Shown here: one piece after another, positions 52,149 to 64,000 of the stretch | How positions within the stretch are numbered: the first letter of the stretch is position 1 | How the letters are laid out: each line of letters starts with the position of its first letter | From: Candidatus Eremiobacteria bacterium | GTDB lineage: Bacteria > Vulcanimicrobiota > Vulcanimicrobiia > Vulcanimicrobiales > Vulcanimicrobiaceae | DNA length: 64,000 bases | Direction of reading: 5' to 3' | NCBI GenBank assembly: GCA_963737065.1 | Contig: CAVTRC010000001.1 | Coordinates: forward strand, 1,152,001 to 1,216,000 | Translations under genes and position numbers: made by a program | Notes under the pieces: model-generated | What the model saw: the letters and a program-made list of their open reading frames with translations, nothing else | What the model was told of the DNA's origin: nothing | Databases searched by the model: none

Positions 52149-54509
52149 GTGCCGCCGTACGCTTTACTGTGGATGGCGGGTGCAACGGTGGCAGGCGTGC
52201 TGATCGCGTCGCCGTTGTCCTCCGCCGACCGGATCATCGTTGCAATCGCCGTCGCAGTTGGCGCCGCCGCGTTTTTCCGGTTCCCGCGCGAAACCCGGCA
52301 GCTTCGTGCCCTCACCGCTGCCGCCCTCGTCTGCGCCGGCTTCTATGCGCACGTGCGCGAAACCGGCGCCCCGTCCGTTATTCCCACGCGAACGGCTCGT
52401 TTCACGGCCGACGTCATCGACGAGCGCGCGCCGGAGGGCGACGTTCATACGTACATGATTGCAATCGACCGCGGTCCGCGCGTTCTTGCGTCGTTCATGC
52501 ACGCGGTACCGCTCGGCGCGCGTATCCTCGTTCGCGGCCGTCTCGAGCCGCTCGACGACGCACGCAATCCCGGCGAGCCGAGCGAACGCGCGATCGAAGC
52601 CGAGCACGGGATCACCGGCCGTCTCGCGAGTGCGGCGGTTTTGCACGTCATCGATCGACGCTCGCAATCGTTCGGAGCACGCCTTGCGCAACTTCACGCG
52701 ACCGCGCTTATGCTGCTTCGCGATCATCTCCCGGAACCCGGGGCGTCAATCGTCGCAGGCGAACTTTGGGGCGACCGCAGCGCATTGCCGCCCGAACTTC
52801 GCGCCGAGTTTCAAGAAACGGGAACCGTACACGTTCTCGTTACGGCGGGCTTGCATGTCGGGTTGATCGCGTGGCTCGTCGCGATGCTGTGCGCGCGTCT
52901 GACGGTTCCGCGCGCGTACGGATGTATCGCAGCAATCGTTGCCGTTTGGCTTTTCGCGTGGTTCAGCGGGCATAATTTGCCCGCTATACGAGCGGCAACG
53001 ATGGCAACCGCAATGCTCGCTGCAAGGGCATTCGGGCGTGCCGCACTATCGTGGAATTCGCTCGCGCTCGGCGCGATAGCCGTCGCGCTGATTCTTCCGT
53101 CGAGCATTGCCACGCCATCGTTCTGGCTCTCCTTCTGTTGTGTCGGCGCAATTTTCGTTTGTGTGCCGGCGCTCGAACCACTCGTCGATCGCTTTGCGTT
53201 GAACGAACGCGCGCGCGAAGCACTGCTCCTGACCCTCGCGACACAACTCGGAACGTGGCCGATCACGGCAGCAACGTTCCTTCAGTTTTCACCGTATGCC
53301 GTGCTCGCCAACGTCGCCGTCGTGCCGCTCGTTCCGCTGACGATGCTGCTCGGAATCGCTCAACTCGTTATGACGCCGCTCGCTCCGTTCGCGCAAGCAT
53401 TCGCCAACATCAATTCATGGCTTCTTGCGTGGATGGTGGGCGCGGTTCATCTGCTCGCAACGCTTCCGGGCGCGGTCATCCGCATGACGCCCGCTCCGAC
53501 GTGGTGCATCGCCGTATACGAAGGCGCATTGATTGCAGCGGCGATGCTTGCCGTCCGCCGCGCGCTCACCGCGTCGATTTCGATTCTGATCGCGGCAATA
53601 TCGCTCGTCTTGCTTCCACCGAGTACGGTCGACTCGCGCCTTCGTATCACCGTACTCGACGTCGGACAGGCCGACGCAATCGTCATTCAGACGCCGGCAC
53701 ACCATACGATTATGGTTGATTCCGGCGGACGGCTCGAACGAGGCCCTCAGAACGGCGCTTCGCCAGCAGAACGTATCGGCGAACGCATCGTCGTACCATT
53801 TCTCTTACGACAGGGCATCCACCAGGTGGACGCACTCATCATCTCGCATCCGCACGGCGATCACGTGGCCGGCTGCGCCCCGGTGCTACGCGCATTACGA
53901 GTCGAGGAGATTGCGGATAGCGGACAAACGTATGGAGGGCACGCGTACCATGATTGCCTCGAAACGGCTGCAGCGGATCATGTGCCGGTCGTGCAACCCC
54001 GCGCTGGATCGGTGTGGCGCACGGACGATGGCATTACGTTAACGTTCATCGGTCCGTCATTGCCCTTTATCGACGGAAAGAACGCAATCAACGACAACTC
54101 GATCGCGTTCATTCTTCAGTATCGCTCGTTCCGAATGTTGTTCACCGGCGATGCAGGCGTTGCGGCAGAACGTCGGTTTCTCGATGAAGGCATCGATCTT
54201 CGCGCCGACGTGCTAAAGGTCGGCCATCACGGGTCTGCTTACAGTTCATCGCCCGAATTCATTTCCGCCGTCCATCCACGCTACGCAATTATCTCGGTCG
54301 GTCGGCATAACATGTTCGGTCATCCCGCGCCCTCCACAATCGCAACCCTCCAAAGCTCGGCCATTTCAGTCTACCGTACCGACGAGAACGGCGCCGTCGT
54401 GATTAACACCGATGGTTCGGGGCAACTATCGATCCGTTCACAAATTATTCAAACGACGCTTGACGTCCTCATTCGCACCGGTGGGGCGTCCAACCGAAAA
54501 ACGTTGTAG
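52149..54509 (+). CDS. comEC: Competence channel ComEC/Rec2
   Basis: FQETGTVHVLVTAGLHVG, LDVGQADA, SHPHGDH, LFTGDA, LKVGHHGS, YRTDENGAV. Confidence 0.95.
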   Translation: MPPYALLWMAGATVAGVLIASPLSSADRIIVAIAVAVGAAAFFRFPRETRQLRALTAAALVCAGFYAHVRETGAPSVIPTRTARFTADVIDERAPEGDVHTYMIAIDRGPRVLASFMHAVPLGARILVRGRLEPLDDARNPGEPSERAIEAEHGITGRLASAAVLHVIDRRSQSFGARLAQLHATALMLLRDHLPEPGASIVAGELWGDRSALPPELRAEFQETGTVHVLVTAGLHVGLIAWLVAMLCARLTVPRAYGCIAAIVAVWLFAWFSGHNLPAIRAATMATAMLAARAFGRAALSWNSLALGAIAVALILPSSIATPSFWLSFCCVGAIFVCVPALEPLVDRFALNERAREALLLTLATQLGTWPITAATFLQFSPYAVLANVAVVPLVPLTMLLGIAQLVMTPLAPFAQAFANINSWLLAWMVGAVHLLATLPGAVIRMTPAPTWCIAVYEGALIAAAMLAVRRALTASISILIAAISLVLLPPSTVDSRLRITVLDVGQADAIVIQTPAHHTIMVDSGGRLERGPQNGASPAERIGERIVVPFLLRQGIHQVDALIISHPHGDHVAGCAPVLRALRVEEIADSGQTYGGHAYHDCLETAAADHVPVVQPRAGSVWRTDDGITLTFIGPSLPFIDGKNAINDNSIAFILQYRSFRMLFTGDAGVAAERRFLDEGIDLRADVLKVGHHGSAYSSSPEFISAVHPRYAIISVGRHNMFGHPAPSTIATLQSSAISVYRTDENGAVVINTDGSGQLSIRSQIIQTTLDVLIRTGGASNRKTL

Positions 54510-55270
54510 CGGTAGGTGATACTGTTTTTGTTGTCGTCCGTGACGACGACGAAGAAATAATGGCCTTGCATATAGTTGTGCTCGCCCTGACCTAGGGGTG
54601 CGAGATTCGCCGGATGCGCATGCGGGTCGGGCGACAAATTGATGTGTTTGCTTTCGTCGCCGTTGTTCATTGAGACGGAATAGATCGTAGCGGGTGCGTA
54701 CCTATCGGCTCGTCCGAAGCAGCACCAGTCGTCGATGTATGCGCGATCACCAATAACGCCCAAGAGAGTACTATCGCTCAAAGCATGCTTGACGATCGGC
54801 TTGAGGTGTGCCGAATCAATGATCAAAAGCTGGTTTTCCATTGCCGCGCCATCGGTATAACCGCTGACTGCAATGGCATGGGCTCCCGCGGCCGTGACGC
54901 TTTCGACACTGTACATCCACGTCGGAAGCGAATGAAGGGTGCGCATGTCCGAATCCACGACGAGTACCGCGCCGCCGACGCCATGTGCAGTGGCCACGTT
55001 GCGGCAGCCGATGTATAGTTGCCCATTCACTTCAGCAGCCGTTGAAACGAAGGCACCTGGCCCACACACTCTAGCCTTTTTTGCAAGCGCGAGCAAACCT
55101 TGATCCGCTTCGGGCACAACAGGGCTTGGCGCGACCGGCAAACCGGCAGTCGGAATCGGACTGGGTGACGCCACCCTCGATGTCGCCACCGTTTGGCCAC
55201 CGCCGCGCGAACACGCAGCAATCATTGCCGCAAACAATAATGCGCTAGTCCGCAATAACGACAACGCCAT
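54449..55270 (-). CDS. Hypothetical lipoprotein
   Basis: Lipobox-like LFAAMIAAC, Pro/Ser linker, DDWCC motif. Confidence 0.65.
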   Translation of the reverse strand: MALSLLRTSALLFAAMIAACSRGGGQTVATSRVASPSPIPTAGLPVAPSPVVPEADQGLLALAKKARVCGPGAFVSTAAEVNGQLYIGCRNVATAHGVGGAVLVVDSDMRTLHSLPTWMYSVESVTAAGAHAIAVSGYTDGAAMENQLLIIDSAHLKPIVKHALSDSTLLGVIGDRAYIDDWCCFGRADRYAPATIYSVSMNNGDESKHINLSPDPHAHPANLAPLGQGEHNYMQGHYFFVVVTDDNKNSITYRYNVFRLDAPPVRMRTSSVV

Positions 55271-55346
55271 AACTCGTCCTGTTGGTCGATGCCTCCGGTC
55301 GCCCTGCCATGGCAACGATTATGTGAGTAAAAGACCTTATGAGATC

Positions 55347-55652
55347 ACGTACGGCGGACGCGCGTATCATGATTGTCTCAATACCGCAGAGCCGATCACG
55401 TGCCGATGGTGCAACCACGCACGCGGATGGCTTGGCGAACCGACGACGGCGTAACGCTAACCTTCATAGGCCCATCGCTTCCGTTCATCGGCAGCAGAAA
55501 CGGGGTCAACGATAACTGCGGTTACGTTGGTAGGCACAACATGTTTGTCATTCCGCCTGCGCTATGCTTCAAACACTGCAACGATTCGGAGCGCAATTAT
55601 ACCGAACCGACCAGAATGGTGCCACTACTATCGTTACGAGCGGAGAAAGCCC
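55347..55652 (+). pseudogene. Degenerate duplicate of comEC 3' end
   Basis: TYGGRAYHDCL..DHVPMVQPR..WRTDDGVTLTFIGPSLPFI..NDN // VGRHNMF..LYRTDQNGA matches comEC 53928-54420 with an internal deletion and frameshifts. Confidence 0.85.
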
Positions 55653-56034
55653 CGCTATCGTGCCGGAATTGCCTCGTTGATTTTGTTCGGCGGCAGGCGT
55701 CGTTCGAGAATTTTTGCTACGAGCGCGTATTCGGCGACCTCCCCAGCGTTTGTTTTTTCTAGCCACGTCGACTTAACGAATGGCATCGCGAAGCAAAACA
55801 CGCGATCGATTTTATAGAGGCGACGCCGTTGAAGTCTCGGCGGAATACGGCGAATTGGAGAGACAACCGGCAATCGACGATCCTGCAGTGCCGATGGAAA
55901 GCTTATTTATGGTTGCGCACGGTGCCTTAGGTCACCCGAGTGTGATCCCCTGGCGGCTGCTTCGTCTATCGCGAAATCTCGCTTCGCAGCGTGGTAGACT
56001 TGGTTCGACCGTGTGGTTTCGGGCAAACGTATGG

Positions 56035-57912
56035 ATGATGAGTAGCCGCTCGACCGCCACTTCCTCGCTTGCCCTTGGCGCACTGGGTGTGGTTTTCGGT
56101 GATATCGGGACGAGCCCACTCTACGCGTTCCGCCAATGTTTCTTCAGCAGCCTCCACATCGCCCCAACTCGAGAGAATATATTCGGCATCCTCAGCTTGA
56201 TTTTGTGGTCGTTGATCGTTATCGTGTTTGTCCGGTACATCGGCATGGTAATGCGCGTTAACCACGACGGCGAAGGCGGGATCCTCGCGCTGTTGGCGCT
56301 CGTTTTGCCTCCGGTGCGACGCGGCATCCCGCCGCAAGCGACGTGGCTGACGTTTCTTATCCTGGTCGGAGCCGGAATGCTTTTCGGTGACGGCGTCATT
56401 ACGCCGGCAGTGTCGGTGCTGTCATCAGTCGAGGGGCTGAGCATAGCCACATCGGCTGCGCAGCCGATCATCGTGCCACTTACCGTAGGTATTCTCGCGG
56501 CTCTCTTTTTCGTTCAAAACCGCGGAACGCATCGGATCGGAGCGTTCTTCGGCCCTGTCATGCTGATCTGGTTTCTCACGATCGCTGCACTCGGCATCCG
56601 CGGAATCATTCAGTACCCAACGACCTTAGGCGCAATCAACCCGCTGTTCATCGTAGCGTTCTTTGAACATCATGGACCTTCCGCGGTCTTGATCTTCGGG
56701 GCGATCGTCCTTTGCGTTTCCGGAGTAGAAGCGCTCTACGCTGACATGTCTCATTTCGGACGTTCTCCCATTGCGCTGGCATGGACGAGCATCGTTTTTC
56801 CCGCGTTAGTATTGAACTACTTCGGCCAAGCCGCACTCGTATTGACGCGTCCTGAAACAATCGCCAACCCGTTCTTCGGTCTGGTTCCGACGATCGCTCT
56901 CTATGCCGTCGTTGGCATAGCCACAGCTGCCACCATTATTGCATCGCAAGCACTGATATCCGGTGCCTTTACCCTAGCGAAGCAGGCAATTCAGCTCGGT
57001 TTCATTCCTCGTCTTCGCGTCATTTATACTTCACATCGGCACCGCGGACAGGTCTACGTTCCGACGGTAAACGTGTTGCTCGCTGTATGCTGCATTGCAT
57101 TGGTCATCGGTTTTCGCAGTTCGGAAAGACTCGCGAATGCCTACGGGCTTGCCGTTGCCGTCACAATGGTCGTAACTTCGATCGCCTACTATGTCGTCGT
57201 GCGGGAAAAATTCGGCTGGAGTATGGCCAAAGCGCTCTTCTGCTCCGTGCCTTTCGTGGCTATAGAACTATCCTTCGTTGGTGGCAGTTTACCGAAGATA
57301 GCCGAAGGCGGCTGGATTCCGCTGGCGATAAGTTTCATCGTGTTCGCAATTGCGAGTACCTGGCGCACCGGACGGCGGCGAATAGCTCAGAGCTACGTTG
57401 CGCAGTCAGTTCCGGTCGAGGAATTCCTTGCCGGTGTGCGAGGGCGCCTAGGAACGCCACTGCATGGGACGGCGGTGTTCCTAACGGGCGATTCCGAGGG
57501 GGTGCCTTTTGTATTGCACCATCACTGGGCGCGAATGCGCAGCGTCGACGAGCGAATCGTGCTTCTGACGGTTTTACCTGCGACTGATCCATATGTGCGA
57601 AACGAAAACCGCGTAACCGTCGAACGCGTAGCGGATAACCTGATACGCGTGACTGCATGTTTCGGCTTCATGGAGCGGCTCTCCATCACGCCCATTGTAC
57701 GAGGCTGTGCGGCGTTCGGACTCCACCTTGATGATGCGGACACGACGTACTATGCCTCTGATCCGCTAATCGTGCCAAAAAAGCAGGGGCAGTGGCGCGC
57801 GTGGCGGCGCGCACTTTTCGTCTTCATGCACCGCAACTCACGCCCGATCACCGCAAGCCTCGGAATCCCGGCCGATCAGATCGCCAAGCTCGGCCTGCGC
57901 GTACCTATGTAA
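56035..57912 (+). CDS. kup: KUP/HAK/KT potassium transporter
   Basis: ALGVVFGDIGTSPLYA, GEGGILAL, GDGVITPAVSVLSSVEG, EALYADMSHFG. Confidence 0.95.
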   Translation: MMSSRSTATSSLALGALGVVFGDIGTSPLYAFRQCFFSSLHIAPTRENIFGILSLILWSLIVIVFVRYIGMVMRVNHDGEGGILALLALVLPPVRRGIPPQATWLTFLILVGAGMLFGDGVITPAVSVLSSVEGLSIATSAAQPIIVPLTVGILAALFFVQNRGTHRIGAFFGPVMLIWFLTIAALGIRGIIQYPTTLGAINPLFIVAFFEHHGPSAVLIFGAIVLCVSGVEALYADMSHFGRSPIALAWTSIVFPALVLNYFGQAALVLTRPETIANPFFGLVPTIALYAVVGIATAATIIASQALISGAFTLAKQAIQLGFIPRLRVIYTSHRHRGQVYVPTVNVLLAVCCIALVIGFRSSERLANAYGLAVAVTMVVTSIAYYVVVREKFGWSMAKALFCSVPFVAIELSFVGGSLPKIAEGGWIPLAISFIVFAIASTWRTGRRRIAQSYVAQSVPVEEFLAGVRGRLGTPLHGTAVFLTGDSEGVPFVLHHHWARMRSVDERIVLLTVLPATDPYVRNENRVTVERVADNLIRVTACFGFMERLSITPIVRGCAAFGLHLDDADTTYYASDPLIVPKKQGQWRAWRRALFVFMHRNSRPITASLGIPADQIAKLGLRVPM

Positions 57913-57992
57913 AACTACCGCATGAGGAGCTCGCCTTCGTTACGCTCACAGCCGCGGTATTACTCGACGATGCAACCTCGGGCGCGTGCGAG

Positions 57993-58830
57993 ATGAACAC
58001 CGCCGGCGACGCAAACGTGGTCGTGCATCTGGTGGACGGAACGTACGAGCTGTTCCGGCATTTCTACGGTTTACGCCGCGCAGGAACCGATAAACGTGCT
58101 CGGTTTGGCGCTGTTGCCGGCGTGCTTAATACCGTCCTTCGGATGATCGCGGATGGTGCCACGCACATCGGCGTTGCAACCGATCACGTTATTGAGTCTT
58201 TTCGCAATGAGTTGTGGCCCGGATACAAAACGGGAGAAGGCGTCGACCGCGCCCTTCTGGTGCAATTCCAACCGCTCGAAGACGCATTGCGCGCGATGGG
58301 CATTGTGGTATGGCCGATGGTCGATCTCGAGGCCGACGACGCGTTGGCGTCTGCTGCTGAAATTGCGAACGGCGATTCTCGCGTTGAGAAGATTTGCATT
58401 TGGACGCCGGACAAAGATCTTGCGCAGTGTGTTCGCGGCGAACCGCATCGTGCAAGTTGACCGAAGGAGCAAAACCATTCGCGATGCCGCCGGCGTGCGA
58501 TCGAAGTTCGGCGTCGAGCCGGAGCTTATCCCCGATTATCTAGCGCTCGCCGGCGATACTTCGGACGGGTATCCCGGCGTAAAGGGCATCGGAGCAAAGG
58601 GCGCGGCGTCTCTCGTCACGCGTTATGGCAAAATCGAGGATTTTCCGCCGGACGTGCTGGGCAAGCACCGCGCGGACGCGTTACTCTTCAAGGAACTCGC
58701 AACACTTCGAACGGACGCGAAGCTCTACGCCAGCGTTGACGAGCTGCGGTGGCACGGCCCGACCGCAGAGTTCGCATCGGTGTGCGCGCGTTTCGGTATA
58801 TCGGACGTCCTTGCGCGCGTTGCCCGATAG
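57993..58830 (+). CDS. Stand-alone 5'-3' exonuclease / flap endonuclease, frameshift near 58440
   Basis: LVDGTYELFR, FRNELWPGYK, EADDAL, DKD, LAGDTSDGYPGVKGIGAK. Confidence 0.9.
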
Positions 58831-58995
58831 CGGAGAGACGTCGCCATCGGCCGCAGCGGCCGATCGTCGGCGATCTTTGTCCACGAAAAGATGAAACTTT
58901 TCGTGTAGTCTCGGAGTTCTAGGGCAATAGCCTCTCCAATGCGCGATCTTTCGAGTGGTCGATGAATTGCGCCCACCGATAAAGATTGGTTCTCC

Positions 58996-60189
<1,194 letters not shown>

Positions 60190-60210
60190 GCCCACTGAAG
60201 AGGATGTGTT

Positions 60211-60504
60211 ATCGCTACTCGCAATCGCGCCCCGAAAACCCGTGACGTCAAGCCGCACAGCGTCGACCGTAAAGAGGCGCCGCTTGAAGTTTATGGCAGC
60301 GTCAAGCAAGTCTTCCCGAGCACCACGTTCTCGGTGGAACTTGACAACGGCCACACGATTCTCGCCCACATTGCAGGGCGTCTGCGCCGGCACCGCATCA
60401 AGATTCTTCCAGGCGATCGCGTGGACGTCGAACTGTCGCCATACGATTTGACGAAGGGACGCATCGTGTACCGCTACCGCGCGGGAGAAGCACGCCGAAA
60501 CTAG
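60211..60504 (+). CDS. infA: Translation initiation factor IF-1 (absent from ORF track; proposed ATC start)
   Basis: [69 protein letters not shown]. Confidence 0.93.
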   Translation: MATRNRAPKTRDVKPHSVDRKEAPLEVYGSVKQVFPSTTFSVELDNGHTILAHIAGRLRRHRIKILPGDRVDVELSPYDLTKGRIVYRYRAGEARRN

Positions 60505-62573
60505 ATCGATCGATCTCCCAGCTCCTTCATGAGAAATTCGGTGCCGGCTTGGTTCGCCTGCAGCCACGAATTCCAGCGCTCGAAGCCGTGCGTCTCGTTC
60601 GGAATAACGACCTGCTCCATATGCACGTTGGTCTGCTTCAAACGCTCTACCAGATCGACCATTTGGTGAAAATGTACGTTGCGATCGTCGTCGCCTTGAA
60701 TCAAAATTACGGGCGATCTCCATGTCGAGATGTAGGCGTCCGGTGATGAGAGCCAAGCCGTTCGCATGAAACGCTTCATATTGGGCTGCTCGTAGCGTTT
60801 GACTTGCCCCTCGAACCATTCCGGAAACATCGACCAGTCATGGACGCCATGCCGATCGTAGCCGGCTTTGAAGATGTCGGAATTTTTCGAGAGCGCCATC
60901 GCGGTTAAGTATCCGCCGTACGAGCCGCCCCAAATGCCGAGCCGGTTGGGATCGACATGCGGAACGTGCTGCAAGTACCGCGCGCCTGCAACGACGTCTT
61001 GATATTCCGATGCACCGGCTGGACCCGCGTGCGGCGGATGGTGAAAGTCGTGACCGTAGCCGATACCGAGGCGATAATTGACGGACAGTACGGCAAATCC
61101 GTGGTTTGCTAGGTACTGGTTCGTCGCGTAATCGTAGCTGTAGTAGTCGAAGTAATGATAGGTCAACAGCATTTGGCGCGGCGGCCCGCCGTGCACGTAA
61201 ATGAGCCCGGGAACGGATCGGTGTGCATTCGCCGGCATGAAGAGCTGCCCGTGAATGAGCCGGCCGTCTTTGCTGCGGAACGTTACCTCCTTCGGCGTCA
61301 CCATCGACGCTGCCGGAAAATCGTCCGGAATCTGGGCGGCATCGAGCGTCGTCGTGTTGTGCACGATCGTCATCGGTGTGCGCGCACCCGCTTGAACGTA
61401 GGCGACGCCGTCGGCTGTCGCAGCGGGCCACCATTCGCTGTTCGTACCGTGCGTGACCTGAACCGGTGTTCCGCCGTCGACGGAAACGCGGAAGATGTGG
61501 CGGCGATCGTCATCGCCGGGAAGGTTGCCGCTGTCCGCCGTGTAGTACAGCGTTTTCATGTCCGGTGAAAGCGCCGTGTCCTCGATCATGTATTTTTCGC
61601 TCGTCAACGGCCGCGCCGCTTGCGGTGAACCACGCGAAAAACCATTGGCGGAAACCGTATAGAGCTGCGGCCAGTTCGTCCGCTCCGAAATGAACGCGAG
61701 CCGCTCACCAGCAACCCACTGAAGCTGCGGCCCATTGATCTCCGGCAGTGAATCGCGAAGCGTCTTTTCGCTTTGCCACGCGACGTGCGTCTGACCCGAA
61801 GCTGCGTTGCCCACGACGATCGACCACGGCATCGGATACTGCGCGAGCGGGTCTTTCGGCGGTCCGCCCGAGCCGCCGATGCGCACGAATGCGAGTTGCC
61901 TACTGTCCGGCGACCACTTCGGCGAGAAGTCGTGATTGGTGGTCGGCGTGAGGAATACGAGTGGATTGCTCTCGCCGCTGTAGACGCCGATGAACGAGTG
62001 ATCGCCGCGATCCGACGTAAACGCGAGCGCATGTCCGTCGGGCGACCACGTTATATCGCCATCGTTGCCGCGATCGAAGAAGTATGGCGCTGCGGTCTTA
62101 CTTCCATCAAGCGGCGCGACCCATATTTTGTTGTCGGGATCGTGAACGAATGCAAGACGCGCATTGTCGGGTGAGATCGCGGGCGCATCCCCCTCCGCAA
62201 TGACCTTCGGCGCGCCGCCCGTAGTCGCAAGCGACATCACTTGCATCTGCGGTTTTTGGTGATCGCGCAGATCAGGATTCGGCCACGGACGCTCCGGCCA
62301 ATTCGCGTCGTGATTTCCGCCGCGCACGTAAACCACGTATTCTCCGTCGTTCGAAATCGCGAGATCGCTGATTTCTTGGCCGTCGTCGGTTCCGGACGTC
62401 CAAAGCATATGCGGCGTAAACGCGGGCGCTCGGGCAAACCAGACGCTGTGCACGCCTTTTTCGTTCAATACGTAGGCGATGCTCTTGCCGTCTGCTGAAC
62501 TGACGAGCGCGTTCGGAAACGGATAACTCAGCGCTTGGGCGAGCGAAAAAAGCGCTGCAACGATCAGATGCAT
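60501..62573 (-). CDS. Secreted S9 peptidase (dipeptidyl peptidase/acylaminoacyl peptidase-like)
   Basis: PD40-like WSPDG repeats, HGGP, GGSYGG, GDDDRNV, ETHGF. Confidence 0.92.
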   Translation of the reverse strand: MHLIVAALFSLAQALSYPFPNALVSSADGKSIAYVLNEKGVHSVWFARAPAFTPHMLWTSGTDDGQEISDLAISNDGEYVVYVRGGNHDANWPERPWPNPDLRDHQKPQMQVMSLATTGGAPKVIAEGDAPAISPDNARLAFVHDPDNKIWVAPLDGSKTAAPYFFDRGNDGDITWSPDGHALAFTSDRGDHSFIGVYSGESNPLVFLTPTTNHDFSPKWSPDSRQLAFVRIGGSGGPPKDPLAQYPMPWSIVVGNAASGQTHVAWQSEKTLRDSLPEINGPQLQWVAGERLAFISERTNWPQLYTVSANGFSRGSPQAARPLTSEKYMIEDTALSPDMKTLYYTADSGNLPGDDDRRHIFRVSVDGGTPVQVTHGTNSEWWPAATADGVAYVQAGARTPMTIVHNTTTLDAAQIPDDFPAASMVTPKEVTFRSKDGRLIHGQLFMPANAHRSVPGLIYVHGGPPRQMLLTYHYFDYYSYDYATNQYLANHGFAVLSVNYRLGIGYGHDFHHPPHAGPAGASEYQDVVAGARYLQHVPHVDPNRLGIWGGSYGGYLTAMALSKNSDIFKAGYDRHGVHDWSMFPEWFEGQVKRYEQPNMKRFMRTAWLSSPDAYISTWRSPVILIQGDDDRNVHFHQMVDLVERLKQTNVHMEQVVIPNETHGFERWNSWLQANQAGTEFLMKELGDRSI

Positions 62574-62654
62574 GCTCGCGCATTTCTTTCAGCTTCGCAC
62601 GGTCGCCTGTACGTATGGCAGGGCGCCGCGGCACGAGCCTTGTAGCGGTGAAGA

Positions 62655-62912
62655 ATGGACAAGCACGATGAAATCCGAGCGTCGTTTCCGGGTGATGCGC
62701 TTCGCGCCGCGATCCCTCCAACGCACGAAGCTCGCGGATCAATCGATGGACTCGAAGCTGAGCTACGCGGCCCGGCGCCGCAACGCGCTTCGCTCGAGCA
62801 GCACGTCGGCGCGCTTCGCTCGGTTCGTGAATTGGAAGCGACGATTGCAAATTGGTGGGACAGCCCGAGCACCCAAGAGTTCATCGCCGATCTCACGAGA
62901 ATCGGGCTGTAA
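62655..62912 (+). CDS. Small hypothetical protein (85 aa)
   Basis: ORF fills the gap between two peptidases; ends FIADLTRIGL (weakly DUF4404-like). Confidence 0.55.
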   Translation: MDKHDEIRASFPGDALRAAIPPTHEARGSIDGLEAELRGPAPQRASLEQHVGALRSVRELEATIANWWDSPSTQEFIADLTRIGL

Positions 62913-62916
62913 GACA

Positions 62917-64000
62917 TTAACGCAAGTACGTATTGAACCAGCCCACCATACGCGAAATGATGTCACGCACGTGAGCCGGTTGGCGTACGCCGTGCCCTTC
63001 ATCAGCGTACACCACGAGCTGCGCCGGAACTCCGAGCGTCTGCATGGCATGATAGAACTCGAACGATTGGGCCGCGGGCACTTCTTCGTCGCGCTCGCCG
63101 GCGAGAATCAGCACCGGCGTCTTTGATTGTTTGATGTACGTTATTGGCGAACTTTTGGCATAGACGGCGGGATCGTCGTAGACCGACGCGCCGAAGAACG
63201 GAATCATCCACTGATCGATCTTGTTCTGCCCGTAGTAAGACTGCCAGTTGACGAGCCCCGCACCGGCGACGATCGCCTTGAAACGCGTCGTCTGCGTCTC
63301 ACCCCACATGGACATGTAGCCGCCGTAGCTCCATCCCGCCAACCCCAGACGATTGCCGTCGATCGGCGCAGCGGCAATCGCCGCGTCGACACCGGCGAGG
63401 TCATCGCGCCAATCGCCGCCACCGAAGTCCTTCACATTCGCTGCCGCAAACTCTTCACCACGCCCGAAACTCCCGCGCGGATTGGGTTCGAAGACGAAAT
63501 ATCCGTTCGCGGCTAACGGACTGACGAACAAACTCACGAACGACGGCAACGATTCCGCGGACGGACCGCCGTGAACGATCGTTACCATCGGATACGTACG
63601 GCCGGCGCGATAGTCTCGCGGATAGACGAGCCACCCTTGCACCTCGTACTGGTCGCTTTTCCACGTCAATGACACCGCGCGTCCGGTGAAGCGCGGAACG
63701 TGCGCGTTGACGTGTGTAATGCGCGCGAGAGCACGCGGCGCGCCGGCCCAAAGTTCCGGCGCGGTCGTGAACGACTGACGCACGACGGCGGCCACCGTGG
63801 CGGTCCTCGACACGCTGAGGTCCGCAAGATTTTCTCCAGCTCCGATGAGCGGATTCACCTTACCGGTTTGCGGATCCAGTGATGCGAGGACGCGCGATCC
63901 GTTGTAGTGCGCGAGCATCATGATTCGCCCATGCGCAACCCAGCGCAAGGACGACGCGCTGTACTCCATACCAGGCGTGATGTCGGTGGCGTTCTTCGAT
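62917..64000 (-). CDS. S9 peptidase, C-terminal part (5' end outside window)
   Basis: VHGGP, GWSYGG, GERDEEVP, EGHG. Confidence 0.92.
   Translation of the reverse strand, partial: SKNATDITPGMEYSASSLRWVAHGRIMMLAHYNGSRVLASLDPQTGKVNPLIGAGENLADLSVSRTATVAAVVRQSFTTAPELWAGAPRALARITHVNAHVPRFTGRAVSLTWKSDQYEVQGWLVYPRDYRAGRTYPMVTIVHGGPSAESLPSFVSLFVSPLAANGYFVFEPNPRGSFGRGEEFAAANVKDFGGGDWRDDLAGVDAAIAAAPIDGNRLGLAGWSYGGYMSMWGETQTTRFKAIVAGAGLVNWQSYYGQNKIDQWMIPFFGASVYDDPAVYAKSSPITYIKQSKTPVLILAGERDEEVPAAQSFEFYHAMQTLGVPAQLVVYADEGHGVRQPAHVRDIISRMVGWFNTYLR

Overview
This 64-kb window is a GC-rich bacterial chromosome segment. Gene content and style suggest a Terrabacteria soil lineage such as Eremiobacterota/Vulcanimicrobiota, which is inference only. 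Single-base frameshifts in conserved genes (typA, galE-like, prolyl oligopeptidase) point to uncorrected long-read indels. The backbone carries typA, clpB, a gyrA-trxA-selA-selB-deaminase run, tsaE-tsaB-rimI-yqeK-rsfS, a secreted peptidase/VPS10 cluster, comEA, leuS, comEC, kup, a DEAD-box helicase and infA. Main observations: (1) a DEAD-box helicase and an IF-1 gene in one operon both lack a usable ATG/GTG/TTG and appear to start at ATC, with rsfS (ATC) and yqeK (CTG) as further candidates; (2) a probable 6S RNA whose 5' end is written antisense inside the first codons and RBS of trxA; (3) an ~8-kb phage-satellite-like island at the 3' end of tRNA-Sec (int, two Xis-like HTH genes, HTH rep with iteron-like repeats, terS-like gene) carrying an Ivy-like lysozyme inhibitor and an R-M remnant; (4) a diverged, deleted second copy of the comEC 3' end flanking an inserted lipoprotein gene.
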